Of a stretch of 64,000 nucleotides of DNA, positions 1-12,757 are shown one piece after another (the stretch's first letter is position 1; every line of letters starts with the position of its first letter). The translations under genes and the position numbers were made by a program. Under the pieces are notes generated by a model that did not search any database, was not told the origin of the DNA, and saw only the letters and a program-made list of their open reading frames with translations. This DNA is from Felis catus (Eukaryota), in NCBI RefSeq assembly GCF_018350175.1, contig NC_058368.1:32118001-32182000 (forward strand). The letters run 5' to 3'.

Positions 1-314
1 TTACATTAATAACAATCAATATAGCTTAGTATAGTGAAATACAACAAAGACAAATAACTCTTCATTGCATATACATTACTGTTTGGTTTGTTTCTATGTG
101 GTGTCAGTTTCCCTTAGTGTTAATTTTTAAGAAAAAAGGTACAGCTTTTGAAATTCTGTGCATAGTTCACACATACAAGTATATTTATTCAGTTATCTCT
201 TTGTTACTTCCCATTACACCTTTTTGTAAACATCCCTATTTCAAGTATTCATTGTCATCATTCCCTTTAGTAGCTCTGAGTAAACCTGATAGCATCTCCT
301 AAAGAGAGAAAAAT

Positions 315-580
315 CTATATAATATAATATAGTATAATAAATATAAGTAATATATAATTATATGCATGTATTATATATAATATAAAAATAATATGTGCAA
401 TATATAATATCTTACATATATATCATATAGCAAATATATATTGATAATTAATAATAAACTGATCAATAAATATCAATCATGTATTTTATATAAAATATGA
501 ATATAAATGTGAGTGATATAATATTCTAATATAATTAATTAATATAAATTAGACTGTATAATATGCTAACAGCACATATA
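315..580. repeat. AT-rich low-complexity (TA-rich) tract
   Basis: About 260 bp made almost entirely of A/T with irregular TATA/ATAT runs. Confidence 0.85.
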
Positions 581-586
581 TGCTAG

Positions 587-693
587 CAGCATGGAGTCTG
601 ACACAGGACTCCATCCCAGGAACCATGAGGTCATGACCTGAGCCCAAAATCAAGAGTTGGACACTTAACTGACTGAGCCTCCCAGGCACCCCC
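587..693 (-). mobile_element. CanSINE 5' half (tRNA-derived head), partner of the 3' half at 1637-1774
   Basis: Reverse complement reads GGGGGTGCCTGGGAGGCTCAGTCAGTTAAGTGTCCAACTCTTGA...TCAGGTCATGACCTC...CTCCATGCTG and stops before the (CT)n region. Confidence 0.9.
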
Positions 694-719
694 AGAGAAA
701 GATTTTAAAAGAGGAAATG

Positions 720-1130
720 GAATAGTTAGAATAGCAAGAATGAGGTTTGGAACCAGGAAAGTTCCTGGCTTGTTTTGAGAAGATGTGCTTATGGTGCACT
801 TAGACCATATGGTGTATCGTATAGATGGTGGGCCAGGCTGCAAAAGGTATTAAAGGCAGGATAAGGAGGTTGGTGTCTTTTGGTGGCAGTGAGAAAGGAG
901 ATAATGGAGGTTTTTAAGCAGAGGAATGAATGACAACCAATCTGAGTTGTAAAAGAACATGGTGACAGAATGGTGGATAGTATCTTAGTCGAAAAGAGAC
1001 TGAAAGCAAGGAAGTTAGTGAGAACACTGAACTGGTTCAGAAATAAGGTGAAAGTATCTGCTACGTAGAGTGGTATTACAGGGGCTTGGGAGAAATGGAT
1101 GGATTTCACACACACTATGGTATAAAGAGC
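720..1130 (-). mobile_element. LINE-2 fragment
   Basis: Purine-rich antisense L2-like text such as 'ggaggtttttaagcagaggaatga' and 'gagactgaaagcaaggaag'. Confidence 0.6.
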
Positions 1131-1264
1131 TGTAAAAGATACATATTGATTTAACACTTTTCATTACATTTGTTTGTAACTGATTAGAGTTTTACTTCTC
1201 CTGATATAAGGGTAGTACAAGGAGCTATAGAAAATTCCCTAAATTTATACCTTTTGTTTAAATA

Positions 1265-1385
1265 TTATACATATATATATAGCATATGCATGCCTAACAT
1301 ATATGTATACATACATATATATGTGTATGTGTACATATATATGTGTACATACATACATATATATGTATATACACACATACACACC
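1265..1385. repeat. Degenerate (TA)/(TG)/(CA) microsatellite
   Basis: Runs such as 'atatgtatacatacatatatatgtgtatgtgtacatatat'. Confidence 0.8.
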
Positions 1386-1636
1386 CGCAGGCACACATGC
1401 ATTATTAAGCATGTATCAAAACTGAAGGTATTTAAGAGAAGAGAGTCATCTCCTAATTTTAAAAATTTTTTTTTTATGTTTAACTGATTTGATTTCCTTA
1501 ATTAGAAAATACAATATATAACTTCCATTATGGAAGACTTTCATATATATATGAAAGAATTTATATGATATTTATTTATATATATTATATATTTACATAT
1601 TATATAGTATATTATATAGTCTAATTTATATATATG

Positions 1637-1774
1637 CTGGGGGTTCTCTCTCTCCTTCTTTCTCTGCCCCTTCCCCACTTATGTGTGCACATGTTCTCCC
1701 TCTCTCTCCCTCTCTCTCTCTTTGTCTCTCTCTCTCTCTCTCTCTCAAAAATAAATAAACTTTTAAAAATAAAA
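1637..1774 (+). mobile_element. CanSINE 3' half ((CT)n body and A tail)
   Basis: 'gctgggggttctctctctcc...tctctgccccttcccc...(CT)n...aaaaataaataaac'; no head upstream. Confidence 0.9.
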
Positions 1775-2323
1775 TAAAATCTTTCTCTAATCTGAAAGGA
1801 CTTTGCTTAAGAATAGCATTCTGACTCAGTAGCCAATTTACTTGAAACAGTATATTTGTTGCAACCAATATATTGTGGAATACTGGAAAGCAGGCATACA
1901 AAATATTGTGCTGTTTCGAACTGAATTCATTTAACTGACCTGCCAATTCCCACATTTTCTCATTCACAGTTTGCATTTTCATGTAACTTTTAACTGAATT
2001 CAAAGGTTTATTGTCTTCAAGGTATAATAATTAAAAAGATGTTGAGAGCCACAGAAGTGGAATAATGCCATTAAGGTCTGCTTAAAATCTGGTACTTGTT
2101 CTGGATGCTAAAATACTATATTTTATAGAACTATAAATGTTGGGATTTTAAAGACTGTATTAGAGTTCTAAACAACTTGAACATGCACTTTATCCATTTT
2201 GAAAAGTGATCTATGGACATGATTGTAGATTCTCTTCAAATTGTCTTCTGCATGGTTACTGATTTTAATTTTTAGAAGTTTTTTTTCAAAGAAATAAATA
2301 AATAGTAAAAAGGCTTTTTTTCT

Positions 2324-2434
2324 GGGGTGCCTGGCTGATTCAGTTGGTAGAGCATGCATCTTTTGATCTCGATTGTAAGTTCAAGCCCCATGTTGGCTGT
2401 AAAGATTACTTAAAAGAAAATAAAATCTTTAAAA
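2324..2434 (+). mobile_element. Short CanSINE form lacking the (CT)n segment (tRNA-Lys-like head)
   Basis: 'ggggtgcctggctgattcagttggtagagcatg...gttcaagccccatgttgg...gattacttaaaa...taaaatcttt'; A- and B-box-like motifs present. Confidence 0.8.
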
Positions 2435-3271
2435 GCTTTCTTTTTTCTTTCATCTGGTGTGTTCTTTTCTATTTTAGCTAATGTGATAGCTTCTACAATC
2501 AATGACTGAATTTTGATCATTTGCAGACAGTTATTTGCAAATGCCTACAAAGATTACTTTTTTCATATACTAATATGTGGGGCAAATCGTGTATGTAAAA
2601 TAAATAAAATTGATAATTTGTGAATAATATAGTGAAGTGATTTTGCATTGAAGTAAAATAACATTATTATTTGGACATATTTAGAGAATACAAATCATTT
2701 TATATCACTCCCTTGTGCCAAATATAAAACATACTGCAGTTACTTTCACAAACTGAAGTTTTATTGTAAGCTTGAAAAATTATAATTTTGATTCATAGTC
2801 AGAGGGTACAGATAAAATCTTTAAACACTTGGAATTTGTCAGTTTAAAAGAAAAAATGCAATATCTGTACTGCAAATTCATGAAGCTTATCAATATGAGT
2901 CACTGAAATGCAAAGCAAAGATTTGTGTTTCAGAGAAGCCCTTCAGTACGTTGATGGTAACATTCTACAGGGAATGGCTTGTTAAATCTTATTGAACATT
3001 TTACTTCAGTCAATTTTTGCATTTATACTTTTAACATGTTTCATCTTAGAGGAGGTAAAAAAATGTTGTTAACTGTATTAATACAGAAAAATTAATTTGT
3101 AATGAAATAATTCATTTTTATCTTTAAAAACAGTCAATGTGTACATTTTTGAAAATAATGTTTTAAAACTAATTACATCTTTATAAAAAATAAAAAAATG
3201 AATTACCTCATTTATTCAAATAAAACCTAAGTGACATATTGGTTATTGCTTCCCCTTAGGTACAGTTTTAT

Positions 3272-3527
3272 TTTTTTTTATTTTTATGTATTTTTTAATA
3301 CTTTTTAAACTTTTTTATTCATTTTTTTTTCTATGAGAGACAGAGAGAGAGAGAGAGAGGGAACGAGCGGGGGAGGAGCAAAGAGAGGGAGACAAAGAAT
3401 CCGAAGAAAGCTTCAGGCTCTGAGCTGTCAGCACAGAGCCTGACAAGGAGCAGGAACCCATAAACTGTGAGATCATGACCTGAGCCGAAGTCTGAGGCTC
3501 AACCAACTGAGCCACACAGGCTTCCCT
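3272..3527 (-). mobile_element. CanSINE (feline type)
   Basis: Full body on the minus strand; TSD ccttaggtacagttttat (3254-3271) / ccttaagtaaagttttat (3530-3547), 16 of 18 identical. Confidence 0.95.
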
Positions 3528-6500
3528 CACCTTAAGTAAAGTTTTATATACATTAGAATGAGAATAGGGAGCAACTCAAATAAAACAAGAAAATCTATCA
3601 TCTATCTACCTACTTACCTCTTTCCATAATTCCATTCAACCGTCTATTATATGTTTAATATATCTGTTTCACCAAGGAAAATAAAACAAGTCCTATTCAG
3701 AACATACAAGGCTCAAAATTAAACTTTCAAAATGCATCTTCAGTGGTATATTTCTTGAAAAGTGACTTATAATTTCTACCCTGGAAGCAATGCACTTCTT
3801 TTGTATTTTCATCTCTGTATTCTCTAAGGGTCATGTTCTGTTGGCTAAACTTTATGTGAAACAGAAATATGACCCTGAGTATTCAACAGTGTATAACCAT
3901 AACACTTCACAATGCTAAGTGCTTTTTGTATCACATACAGTGAATGATTTTTTTCAAAGTTCAAACATAAACAAAAAACAGGGAAAATACCTTCAAACAT
4001 AATTGGAGAAACAGCATTAATCAACTATTAAAATACTTCCATCATTTTGTACTAAGAAAGTTATTCCAAGGTTCAAGAATATTTATGGGGGGTTATAGTG
4101 TTAGGCAGCCCTTGGCTATAATCATGTTAATATTTGGTCAGCATTGTCGCAACAAAAGAAAATAAAACCTCCTTGCCAGGTCAACATTTCTATATAATAA
4201 ATATAATTGGTTAAATCACTAATTTGATATGCTTATTACTTTAGATAACGTTACTGGTTGATAAAAATCAATTGTTAATTTGTTGCCTAAGAACAAATTA
4301 TGCCTATTAGCTCATAGAAAGATTGGTTATAAGGTTCTCAGAATTTAAGATGTGGAGTTCAAATATATCACTATGCCAGAAGATGATAGGTGTTTTCGTA
4401 AACGAAGGCGACTTTATTCACCCATTTTCAGAAGATTAGTTTCCAGAAGTATTAATAGATTCATTTAAACATATTTATACTCATGAATTCATTTGGTGGA
4501 ATACATTATAATTGACTAAATGCGTAAAACAATCAAAGGATCAGTAATTAGAAGTATCTAAATAAAAAAATTATGATTTTGTCACAAACATTGTTTTTAA
4601 CAGTAATTTGTGTCACTAAAGAACATTAATTTATCATTAGATTTATAATTTCTCCATTTTAAATAAAGATGATCTATTGATATAGTCCACACCTTTAAAA
4701 AAAATACAAGAGTGACCTTGAAATCTTTACCAGCTAGATCCATTTCACCTATGTTGAATCACCAGAGTAAACAAGGTCAAAACAAAGTCGTTGAAGTCTC
4801 ACACCCTAGCATGCTACTCTTTGGGATTGATGAATAGCTTCAATTTTCTCAGTTCCATGACAAAGAGGATCAGAGCAGTTCTGTGGAGATCCATAAGAAG
4901 CTGGCTGTATCCAGATGAAAAATGACATTTCTCGTACTGTTATTGGCAAGGTTAAAACTTTTACAAATAAAAAGCTTAAGTTTTTCTCAGAATTTAGTTT
5001 AGTTTCTGAGTCGTATTGTCTAGGTGAATTGGCCATTTGGGGAAACTTTATGAAGTGTTAACTACATTTGGAGATATCTGAAAATAAACCCTAAATTACT
5101 TTAGAGCAAAAAATATACTGCACCTTTCTGAGATATAGTTTCCATGTTGACCTAGTAGAGGTACAAAATAATATTTTTCTCACATAACAAGTTGTTGTGA
5201 AGATCATATTAGACACAATGGTATGTATGAAAAAAATTAAATGGCAACGAAATTGATACAAATGTAAAGTTATCTAATGAAGAAGAAAAAAACCTGAGAA
5301 ACCTAGGATTTGACTGATAGCTTACTTTACATAAGCAGCCCATTTATTAGAACCTAAGGTCCTGCTCTACACATACACAGGCTTTGACTAAATTAATGTA
5401 AGTTTCTTTCTAGAACATTTCTCTAAAATGTATTTCAATTAAAAGGGAGTTCCACTGTGACAGTTTTAGGACCTTGACAAAAGGAGGGTGGCTTTCTTCT
5501 CTGGCTTATGTAGTATCTAGCTTATGAAAGTTTGAGAATACCAAGTCTCAAAAACCAAGTCACAAGAAATGTTCTCTTCTTCACGTTTTTCTCTATCCAT
5601 GACATTTTGAACAATATTAAGCTCTTATCCATTCCTCTATGGATGAGGTAAATTTCATTTCAAGGGTATGAATAATTCTGAACCTAACTTTCTTAATGCT
5701 GCACTAGCTCTATAGTTAAAAGGGTTGCTTTTTTTTTTAACCTCTTTTAATACATTACTCAGGGGCATAAATATTGTGCCACGGTGATAATCCATCCAAT
5801 CACAACTACTGTTAACTTACGGGCATGGTGTACAGACAATTTCACCCTGTAATTAAATAATGAAGTAGAAAGGAAAACTGTTGGATGAAAGAATTCCCAT
5901 AGGAATGTTGCAGCACAATACATGCATCCTTCCTTCATTGAATGTTTAGAGCCTTGTTATACCATATATTTAAAACAATTATCACAATTTTTTTTATTCA
6001 GAAAAATAAAGAATACTCATTTTGCTAATGTTAAAAATAGCTCTGATCAAAGTAAATTTTCCTAAGATTTTTGGGAAAATTGAATCAAAGAAACAATTCA
6101 TTTGTGTGTATGTTGTTGAACACTAGTTGTGAAGATTTTTGAGCATACTTGATTTTGATTTTTTTTGTTTCCATTACGAAAATAGATTTTGCTTAATAAA
6201 GAATCATTTTGACTACTTTTACAACTTCAAAATAATGTGCTGTGCTTCAGATTTATTTTGAACATGACAAATATCTTAAAATATTAAAGTTAAGTTTCAG
6301 AGAAATATATTTTCTCTTTGTTATTTAATACAGTGGATTTAGCCTTATAAATTAATTTGCTTGTTATTTAACACTATTTTTAATATATAATTTTAGATTG
6401 GGTTGATCATGCTGACTACCTAGTAATAATACTCAAATAATAAATGCTATTATTTAACCATCAATCATAGTTGTCATGTACTAACAATTTTTCTTTATAT

Positions 6501-6828
6501 TTAAAGGATTAGTAATTAAACTTGAGATGTTTAATTAAGTGTATATAGACTGGTATTCAAAATTGTGTGACCTTTGATATCACTGCCTATAAATAAAATT
6601 TCAGATCTAACAAACATTCCATTAATGTAATGCTTATGGAGCATCTATTCAAAATTAGAACTGGTGTTCAATACTTCACATCCTAATTAGTATTCAGAAA
6701 GATTAACCTGAAGATTCAGAAAACCATGCCTTTTCCATGCTGATTCTGATTAGGTGCACTGTCTTTAATTAGGTACATGGTATCACACTAACAAGTTGCT
6801 TCCTATCACTGATACTACAAGGGAAACT

Positions 6829-6960
6829 GGAGATGGAGTCAGTGATTATTTCTTAATATTAGATATTGAACAATTGAATGGAGGACCAGACAGAGGAGAT
6901 TGGAGTCAGTGATTATTTCTTAATATTAGATATTGAACAATTGAAGAGAGGACCAGGCAT
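6829..6960. repeat. Tandem duplication, two copies of ~67 bp
   Basis: Identical 45-bp core tggagtcagtgattatttcttaatattagatattgaacaattgaa at 6834-6878 and 6901-6945. Confidence 0.95.
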
Positions 6961-9900
6961 GGGAAAATGGAAAATTCTATTAAAATGAAAAATAATTGTA
7001 CTATATCTTATTATTAATTTTATTATAATGCAAATTATTTATTTAAAATATGGCATATTTTGAGAACTACATTTGTATTTAATCTTATCTTGAATGCTTA
7101 TATTACAGACCACAGCCTTTCTACCTGTGTTCCCCATCATTTAAAATAGATCTGCAACAAAAGGTTATGCATTGCTTGATTCAGATTAATATACCTAAGT
7201 ATTATTTTATTCTTACATATAAGCATTTAATTTGCATTTTAACTTAAAATTCTCTAAATTGCAATTTATAATCACATATGTTACCTATGAATTAAAAACA
7301 GGGAGGAAAGAATTAATTGAATTTGATGATGATTATTACTTTCACCACTATTTTTCTCTAGTAATCTTCTGGTACCAAATTTTTATACTGGTTATATTTT
7401 AGAGAATACCAAAGAATTACTGTTGTTCTTATTAGTGAGGGTTTATTGTCCTTTTTTAATTAGATTGTGATTTTGCTTTTGCCTCCAGATCTAATCCCTT
7501 TCCAGTGACCAGGAAAAATACTTAATAACTACTATTCAACAAGAATAAAGACTAAATGTTTTGGATAGTATGATTAGGGTCTTTCTTTTTTATAGTTTTT
7601 TGTCCATCTTCATGTATGTTTGTTTGCTTTTTCTAATGGATATTTACATCTGGTACTGATTCTTTATTTTCATCATTAATATGAACACAATTTTTCTAAA
7701 TTTCTTCTGCAAAAACTTAAATTCAATATTTTTTGATATTTTTAAGATGAAAGATGTTACCAAGAAAAGAAAGCTGCATTTTAAAATATTCAGTTAAAAG
7801 GGTTAGTGTTTGTCCTGGCTAAGAAAAACATTTTCTAAGAGTCAGGTTTGCTTCAGCATGATTTTCCTGGGGAATAATCAGAGTTTTAGAGTACCAGTTA
7901 GCACATTATAATTTTAAAAACCTTGTTAATACCTAATACTTTAAATTTGTCTCCCATTAGGAAACAAAATTGTTATATACAGAATATAGTGCAAAATCTG
8001 AAATCCAAATTAAATCTTCAGGGGAAGATGTTATTCTGATAATCCTACCACTACCATGCATAAGCATTACCAACTGGGTTTACTGAAAGTGTTAATTAAC
8101 CAGAGAGGGTTAGAGGCTATAGACACAAAGGGAACTAATTGAATCCCTCCATTCATCTATGGTACCCGAGCAACTGTACCACTGAAGAGTGCTTTGTAGT
8201 AATTATTCTACACCTACCGCTTCCCATGGGCTTTTATAAACCGTGCAATTGACCTAGTACATTGAAAGATAGCAAGCTTCATCTTCAAACTGGTCTTGTG
8301 GGCAAATGGAACTGTATATTTCATTTCAATATTTCTCATCATTTTCAAAAACATCTTGTTACTTTTGTTATTGTCACCAGAGACCTCTCATCTGTTGACG
8401 TGCCATAGCTTTCTCCTTTTGTTTGTATGTATTGTGGTGGGGGGGGATAGGAATGGGGGTGGCTTTTTTCTGACTTGAAACTATTATATATTGCAATCAT
8501 AGCCTGTTTTCTGTAAGTATATGTGATCAGGAAACCACTTTATTATATATCAATATCTATACTGTGCCAGGAAACTCCCTTCACCACCTATCCCACACTC
8601 AGTAAAGGTAAACATGTCTTCTCTCTTTCCTGGACACAAAGGTCTTTTTTGACAATAAGTGTGCACGAGGGCATTTGTCATTCTTAGAAAAGGGACCCCT
8701 GTGAGTGACAAATACTAATGTGCTTAGGAGAGGAAGTCCCATAAAACCACAACTGTTTCTCCATCTGTAGAACACCTGCCCTCTGTGCCAAAAAGGAAAA
8801 TTACAGAGATGCAATATAATTTTGCAATGAAAGAAATCCAAAGCTATTAAACTTGAGATGTGTGTCCAAATAATTTAGACAATGAAAACTTCTCTTCTGT
8901 TTCTAGAATAGCATATTTTATTCATCTTACTATTAGAATTTCCTGTGTTTAATTCCAAATAAATTGCTTAATAGATGATCAAATTGGTAGTACAACACAT
9001 TAATATTACAAAACTTATTTTCAAAATGCTTCTATGCCTACATTTTAATATTTTACGATAAATTAGTATTTTCATTTCTTGAATGCTTGGAATTTATGGA
9101 ATACAGTGAAGAAAATAATGGAATCTTTTCAGACTTATACTTCTGTAAAGATAAATATTTATGAATTTAAAATTGTTTTACTTTTTAAATAATGCATTCA
9201 TGCAATCCATTAAATTTTTAACTTAAATACTGAATTAAAACATAGAGAATTACTATGTTTAATATAACCTCAAATATATAAAATGAAGGTTGGTTCAAGC
9301 ATGAAACCATGTTAGATGAAATGAGAAAAGGCAGAGTGGTTTTGAAGTAACTTTACAATAGTTAAGTCCAAACTTTTCATTTTAGAATTAATGATATAAC
9401 TTGTCTTAAGTAACACTGCTGGATCTAAACCACCAACCAGAACCAGTATTCTGAAGTATTGCCAGCATTATTTCTAATCAAAAGAATACTATATACTGTA
9501 AGGCCCCAGGAAAAATGAAAAATGGAGAATTATATACTCCCAAAATAAAAACTTTTGACAAATCAATATAACTGATCTGTGGTCCAGACATGTCTGCATT
9601 TTTTCTTGCTTTAGAGTTATGAGATGGCATTCAGCATCAGGAAGTGACTCAGATGAGGAAAAAGACTGTTCACCAGATTTTCTGTGCCTCACAAGAGCAT
9701 CATTGGTGAAGTATTTAATTCATAAAATGAAATAGGACCAGAAGTCACATCACCCTATTTTCACCACAATCTTCTTCCAAACTAAATCATTTCAGATTCT
9801 TCTCTCTCTTTGGGGAAATATGTTTATGGAAGATATTTTATAATATATGTTAGTAGAAATGAAGGATCTCTATTACCAAAAGGTAATTCAGAAAAGATCT

Positions 9901-10949
9901 AATACAGCAAATATTCATCACAAATTGGTATGTGGTGAGTATAGAAATGAATCTGAAGAGAAACACAAAAAAACTGGGATTATTGGGAGCAGAGGCAATC
10001 AGAATAATGTATCTTCCACTGCACTTGAAATTCTCACCTTTTTTCCATGTCATATTCCTTCTCTATGTAAAAATACAAGTGTTTACTCTGAACTCTTACC
10101 TCCATTCCCTTCCCCATCTCTTCTTTTTATTATTATTATTTTACTCTCTAGGTCTGGTAAGTGTCTGCTCCTGTGTTGTCAAAAGAAGGATTACAAGGAA
10201 AAATGGAGGAAAAGAGCAACTCTTCTGCGGTTACACATCCTTATCTTTAGCTTCATCTGTCTTCACACTCTAGACACCAATAAAATGAAACAAAACATGG
10301 AAGAGGGAAGGAGAATATAATCATCCATGTGGATTTTCTAGGAAAGGGAGAATTGGGGTGGACACAGAGTGTAAAGTCAATTACATTTTGTATTCTCTAA
10401 CCCCTCCTTCTACACACCACTGACTGAGAATGTGACCAATACTCATTACAGCTGTCTGGTTTCATGATGCTCCTATGTCTTATCTAGTTAATTAAAAAAA
10501 ATAAGAAGAAAGTGGAGGGAAACATACTATTTAACAGCGTTACTAATAGGACAATATGGATGCAAAACCACCTTTAGTGGGTTGGGGGATGTCCAGAACC
10601 ATAGGGAAGACATGCATTTAAGTGAAGAGCATGACCTATGCATTTTTCTGGTTAGAGAGATGAGTGGGCACCTGGGGAAAGAGAAATACTCATTTCTAAT
10701 TTTAGCCACATTCTTTAGACTAGTGTCCTACAAAATTTGTGTAGAAGTATGGCAACAATTTTTGGAGAAAGGGTAGTATATTACAAATAGGGTTAGAGGG
10801 ATACTTATTCAGTTCTGCTGTGTTTAAAAAAACCTTACCAGAAGAATGGAGGTACTCCAAAATATATTATAATCTATGTGTTCATTCTGATTTGATGAAC
10901 ACTTTTTCTAAAATTATTATTTTAGAATTATTTACACTTTTTCTAAAAA

Positions 10950-11459
10950 ATCAATGCTCAAATACTTGTATTCCATACATTTTCATGTGCATATGTGATC
11001 AGATTTTGCTAGACAGTATTCTTAAGAAGGAATTTCTGGATTATTTCATCTGAACATCTATGATTTTTTTTAACAAAATATCAAATTGCCTCTAAGATTG
11101 TTATATCAATTTATGCACTTATGGCCAGCATAAGGGAATTCTTTCTCAAAAATTTATCATTATTTAATGTCTAACTTTTGCCTTTCTGATAGACAGAGAA
11201 TAGTGTCCTGGAGTTTTAACTTAAATTATTGAAAGTACTAAGGAGACTCATCATCTCTTACATGTTTATTCTACTGTAGTTTACATATCTATTCTTACTG
11301 ACTTTTTTTTACAATTCACTTTTCTCATTTTGAATATATATTTTGGTATTAATTACATGACAAAAAATAATTTTCCTGCCTTTGCCTTACCTTTTATCTT
11401 GCCGATAGTGTCTTTTGGCATATGTAATATTTTTAAATTTAATGTTTCATGTTGTCATC
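10950..11459 (-). mobile_element. Old L1 (L1M-type) 3' region fragment
   Basis: Degenerate antisense L1 3' text such as 'aaattgcctctaagattgttatatcaatttatgcact' and 'catctcttacatgtttatt'. Confidence 0.55.
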
Positions 11460-11473
11460 AGGCACATATTTTT

Positions 11474-11682
11474 AAAGTTTATTTATTTATTTTGAGAGAG
11501 AGTGAGAGAGAGAGAGAGAGAGCGCATGAGTGGCAGGAGGAGCAGAGACAGAGAATTCCAACCAGGCTCCACACTGTCAGCACAGAGCCCAGTGCAGGAC
11601 CTGATCTCACAAACTGTGAGTTCATGACCTGAGCTGAAATCCAGAGTAGGACACTTAACCTGCTGAGCCACCCAGGCACCCT
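11474..11682 (-). mobile_element. CanSINE
   Basis: Full body; TSD aggcacatattttt at 11460-11473 and 11683-11696. Confidence 0.95.
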
Positions 11683-11923
11683 AGGCACATATTTTTTTTT
11701 AAAGGCTTAAAATAATGACCAAGAGACTTAGAAAATTTCTTTTTTTTTTTTGGTAGAAAGGTTGAAAATGTATTTTAAAATTATAGAAGTGGATAATGCA
11801 ATGACTAAAATTTAGAATTCAAAAATTGAGTATACAAGCAGATTGCTCAAGCAGAAACAGATTGAATGTGACTTGGAATATAGGTAAAAAGAATATATTC
11901 ATTCAGTCTAAAGAAAAGAGAAA

Positions 11924-12140
11924 GGGGTGCCTGGTTGGCTCAGTCGGTTAAGCATCCAACTTTGGCTCAGGTCATGATGTCACGGCTGGTGAGTTCGAGC
12001 CCTGCATCAGGCTCTGTGCTAACAGCTCAGAGCCTGGAGCCTCCTTTGGATTCTGTGTCTTTCTCTCTCTGCCGCTCCCCTGCTCACACTCTGTCTCTCT
12101 CTTTGTCTCTCAAAAATAAATAAAACATTAAAAAAAAAAA
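11924..12140 (+). mobile_element. CanSINE (feline type)
   Basis: ggggtgcctggttggctcagtcggttaagc head, (CT) body, A tail; approximate TSD taaag(a/g)aaagagaa. Confidence 0.95.
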
Positions 12141-12577
12141 CTTTAAAGGAAAGAGAAAAAAAAATAAAGGCAGAATGAGAGACAACGGGAAATAATAAAG
12201 ACCATATATGTATTTTTATAGTTTCAGAAAGACAAAGGTAGAAACAATATTGGAAGAAATAATGGCTGAGAAATTTCAAGATTTTTCAAACATTTATCAA
12301 GATTTATCAACTATAGAAGTACAAAGAAAACCGCTGCTAGACATATCTGAGAAAAAAATGAAAATAAAAAGAATACCTTAACAATAACCAAAGAGAAAGA
12401 CATATCATCTTCAACTGCCTCATCATAAATAATGAAGGCCAGAAAATAATGGGGTGATAGGTTGAAAGTGTTTTCAGTCTAGAATTCTATACTTTAAACC
12501 CAATAAGATATGTCCGAGATGAAATTAATGCATTCTTTAGGGAAAAAAAAAAAGATTTTTTTAAAAACCCTGAAAGT

Positions 12578-12757
12578 GGGGCAACTAGGTGGCTCAGTCA
12601 GTTGAATGTCCAACTCTTGGTTTCGGTTCAGGTCATGATCTCATGGTGCATTGGTGAGACCCGCAGCTCAGAGCGTGCTTAGGATTCTCTCTTTCTTCCT
12701 CTCTCTCTGCCCCTCCCCCCTCTCAAAATAGGTATATAAACATTAAAAAAATAAATA
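12578..12757 (+). mobile_element. CanSINE, older and internally shortened
   Basis: Head ggggcaactaggtggctcagtcagttga; approximate TSD aaac(c/t)ctgaaagt. Confidence 0.85.

Noticed and set aside
2324..2434. tRNA gene (also considered at 57205)
   Set aside because: tRNA-derived SINE head with A-rich tail; no intact cloverleaf.
9615..9710. Possible exon after 'ttttcttgctttag' reading VMRWHSASGSDSDEEKD
   Set aside because: Acceptor is plausible but the donor is weak (gtgaag or gtattt) and I recognise no homology.
9847..10320. 157-aa ORF and overlapping ORFs as a host gene
   Set aside because: No recognisable domain, low-complexity composition, and overlapping frames as expected by chance in AT-rich DNA.
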